64,000 nucleotides of DNA, taken from the IMG/VR virus record IMGVR_UViG_3300044719_000150; one strand, written 5' to 3'. Below, piece after piece: positions 62,996 through 64,000 of this stretch. Numbering within the stretch: the first letter of the stretch is position 1; each line of letters starts with the position of its first letter. The translations under genes were made by a program, and so were the position numbers. The notes beneath the pieces are model-generated. The model was not told the origin of the DNA. It ran no database searches and saw nothing but the letters and a program-made list of their open reading frames with translations. Source of the stretch: a virus (Duplodnaviria; Heunggongvirae; Uroviricota; Caudoviricetes).

Positions 62996-64000
62996 CTACT
63001 TCGCCCCCACCGCGACGCCGCCCGCGCCGGGCGCGTACGTCGTCAGGTTCGGCGGGAGAGCCTTCAGCTCGTCGATGATCTGGCACGTCGGGCAGGCGTT
63101 GTATCCCTGCTGCCGGGCCGCGTTAGCCTGCGCGTCGAGCTGCGCCTGCTGGACCTCGGCCTGCTTCTGGGAGACCTGCGCGAACGCCGCCAGCGCGTTG
63201 TTCGCCGCGTCCTGCACGTTCTGCGGGATGTCGGCCTTGCGCAGCGTGAACCGGATGCCGGTCAGGTACCAGGTCTTCGGGTTGTTCGGATCGGCGCCGA
63301 GCTGAGCGTTGATGTCCCGCGCGAGGTCCGCGTTGATCGTGCTCTCCACCGCCGCGTAGTTCACGTTGGTGGACTGGCCCTTCGCGAGGGACGCCAGCTG
63401 AGTCGAGTCCTTGACCAGGGCACACGTGGCGTTCAGCTCCGAACAGGCGTGGTCGGCCACGGCCTGCCGGATGGCGCTGTCGATCGTGGGCCGCACCTGC
63501 GTGTTCATGAACGCGCCCCAGCCGTCGTCGCCGTCGTAGGCGTGGTAGGAGTCGTTGTTGAACGCGTAGGCCCGTGTGCCGTAGACGTTGTCGAACTTCG
63601 TCAGCACGCCGTGGTCGAGGTTCAGCTGGTAATACACCGTTCCTTCGATGCCCATCTGGACGCCGTCGGAGGAGGGCGTGGAGACCACGTCCACTCCCGG
63701 CGCGTCGCCCTGCTTGGGGTCGGCGGAGATGGTGTAGGTGCGCTGCTGAGATGGGTACTCGTGCAGCGTGGTGTAGAGCCCGGTGTTGGTCACCTTGTGC
63801 GCGGGGTCGATGATCCCGATGATGCCGTTACCACCGAACCACCCTCCGGCGCGGACGATCGCGACGTGTCCGGCGTCGGTGCTGTTGAACGCCATGGCCC
63901 ATGGGCCAGCGACGATGAAAACCAGCAGCACGACGACGAACGCGAGAATTCCGCATCCGACCTTGGCGGCGTAGTTGTCGGAGTTCGAGTAAGAAATCAT
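62996..64000 (-). CDS. SPFH/band-7 (stomatin/prohibitin-like) domain membrane protein, possibly partial at the window end
   Basis: N-terminal transmembrane helix then VAIVRAGGWFGG...; Ala/Gln-rich coiled-coil tail; the ORF reaches the window edge. Confidence 0.5.
   Translation of the reverse strand: MISYSNSDNYAAKVGCGILAFVVVLLVFIVAGPWAMAFNSTDAGHVAIVRAGGWFGGNGIIGIIDPAHKVTNTGLYTTLHEYPSQQRTYTISADPKQGDAPGVDVVSTPSSDGVQMGIEGTVYYQLNLDHGVLTKFDNVYGTRAYAFNNDSYHAYDGDDGWGAFMNTQVRPTIDSAIRQAVADHACSELNATCALVKDSTQLASLAKGQSTNVNYAAVESTINADLARDINAQLGADPNNPKTWYLTGIRFTLRKADIPQNVQDAANNALAAFAQVSQKQAEVQQAQLDAQANAARQQGYNACPTCQIIDELKALPPNLTTYAPGAGGVAVGAK

Noticed and set aside
1-64000. Integrase, attP, rRNA genes, CRISPR-Cas and toxin-antitoxin pairs
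   Set aside because: No recognisable integrase or recombinase catalytic motifs and no rRNA-like segments were seen; the only att-like feature is the weak tRNA-fragment at ~8.6 kb, reported as a low-confidence finding.

Overview
High-GC (~65-70%) actinobacteriophage-like sequence; nearly all coding, with small genes often coupled by overlapping stops and starts (ATGA, GTGA, TAATG). Annotation was done by eye, so coordinates may be off by 1-3 nt and isotype calls are provisional. Left arm (1-15.3 kb): minus-strand vWA protein and lipoprotein genes, then a plus-strand module of small genes, a LuxR-type HTH regulator, a DEDD 3'-5' exonuclease, a 1029-aa tail fibre with ~43-aa NQNTTGT repeats plus a pectate-lyase-like beta-helix, and a ParB-like nuclease. 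15.5-24.3 kb is a dense plus-strand tRNA island with about 42 tRNA or tRNA-like genes, including an initiator tRNA-fMet and several atypical or degenerate members. Embedded in it are two HNH-type endonuclease genes, small ORFs, and a 76-codon GGQ-motif release-factor/ArfB-like peptidyl-tRNA hydrolase gene whose UGA stop is followed in frame by 53 coding-like codons. 26.8-37.7 kb is a minus-strand block of small 'early-like' genes, each behind a sigma70-type promoter (TTGACGGGGCGCCAGT, 17 bp, TAGCGT or TAACGT), with a conserved GATCATG start context. Small and large terminase genes sit at 37.8-39.7 kb, followed by a ~900-bp palindrome-rich non-coding region. The right arm (40.9-64 kb) holds small genes on both strands preceded by the motif GGACTAACGTATCAC, which is near-palindromic around ACGT. 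It also carries an RNA-repair cassette (ATP-dependent RNA ligase, T4-like polynucleotide kinase-phosphatase, nucleotidyltransferase, HAD phosphatase) and a partial SPFH/band-7-like gene at the window end. That motif, containing a -10-like TAACGT, occurs at least 26 times in the window and sits between divergent, apparently leaderless gene pairs. No integrase, rRNA or CRISPR array is visible.
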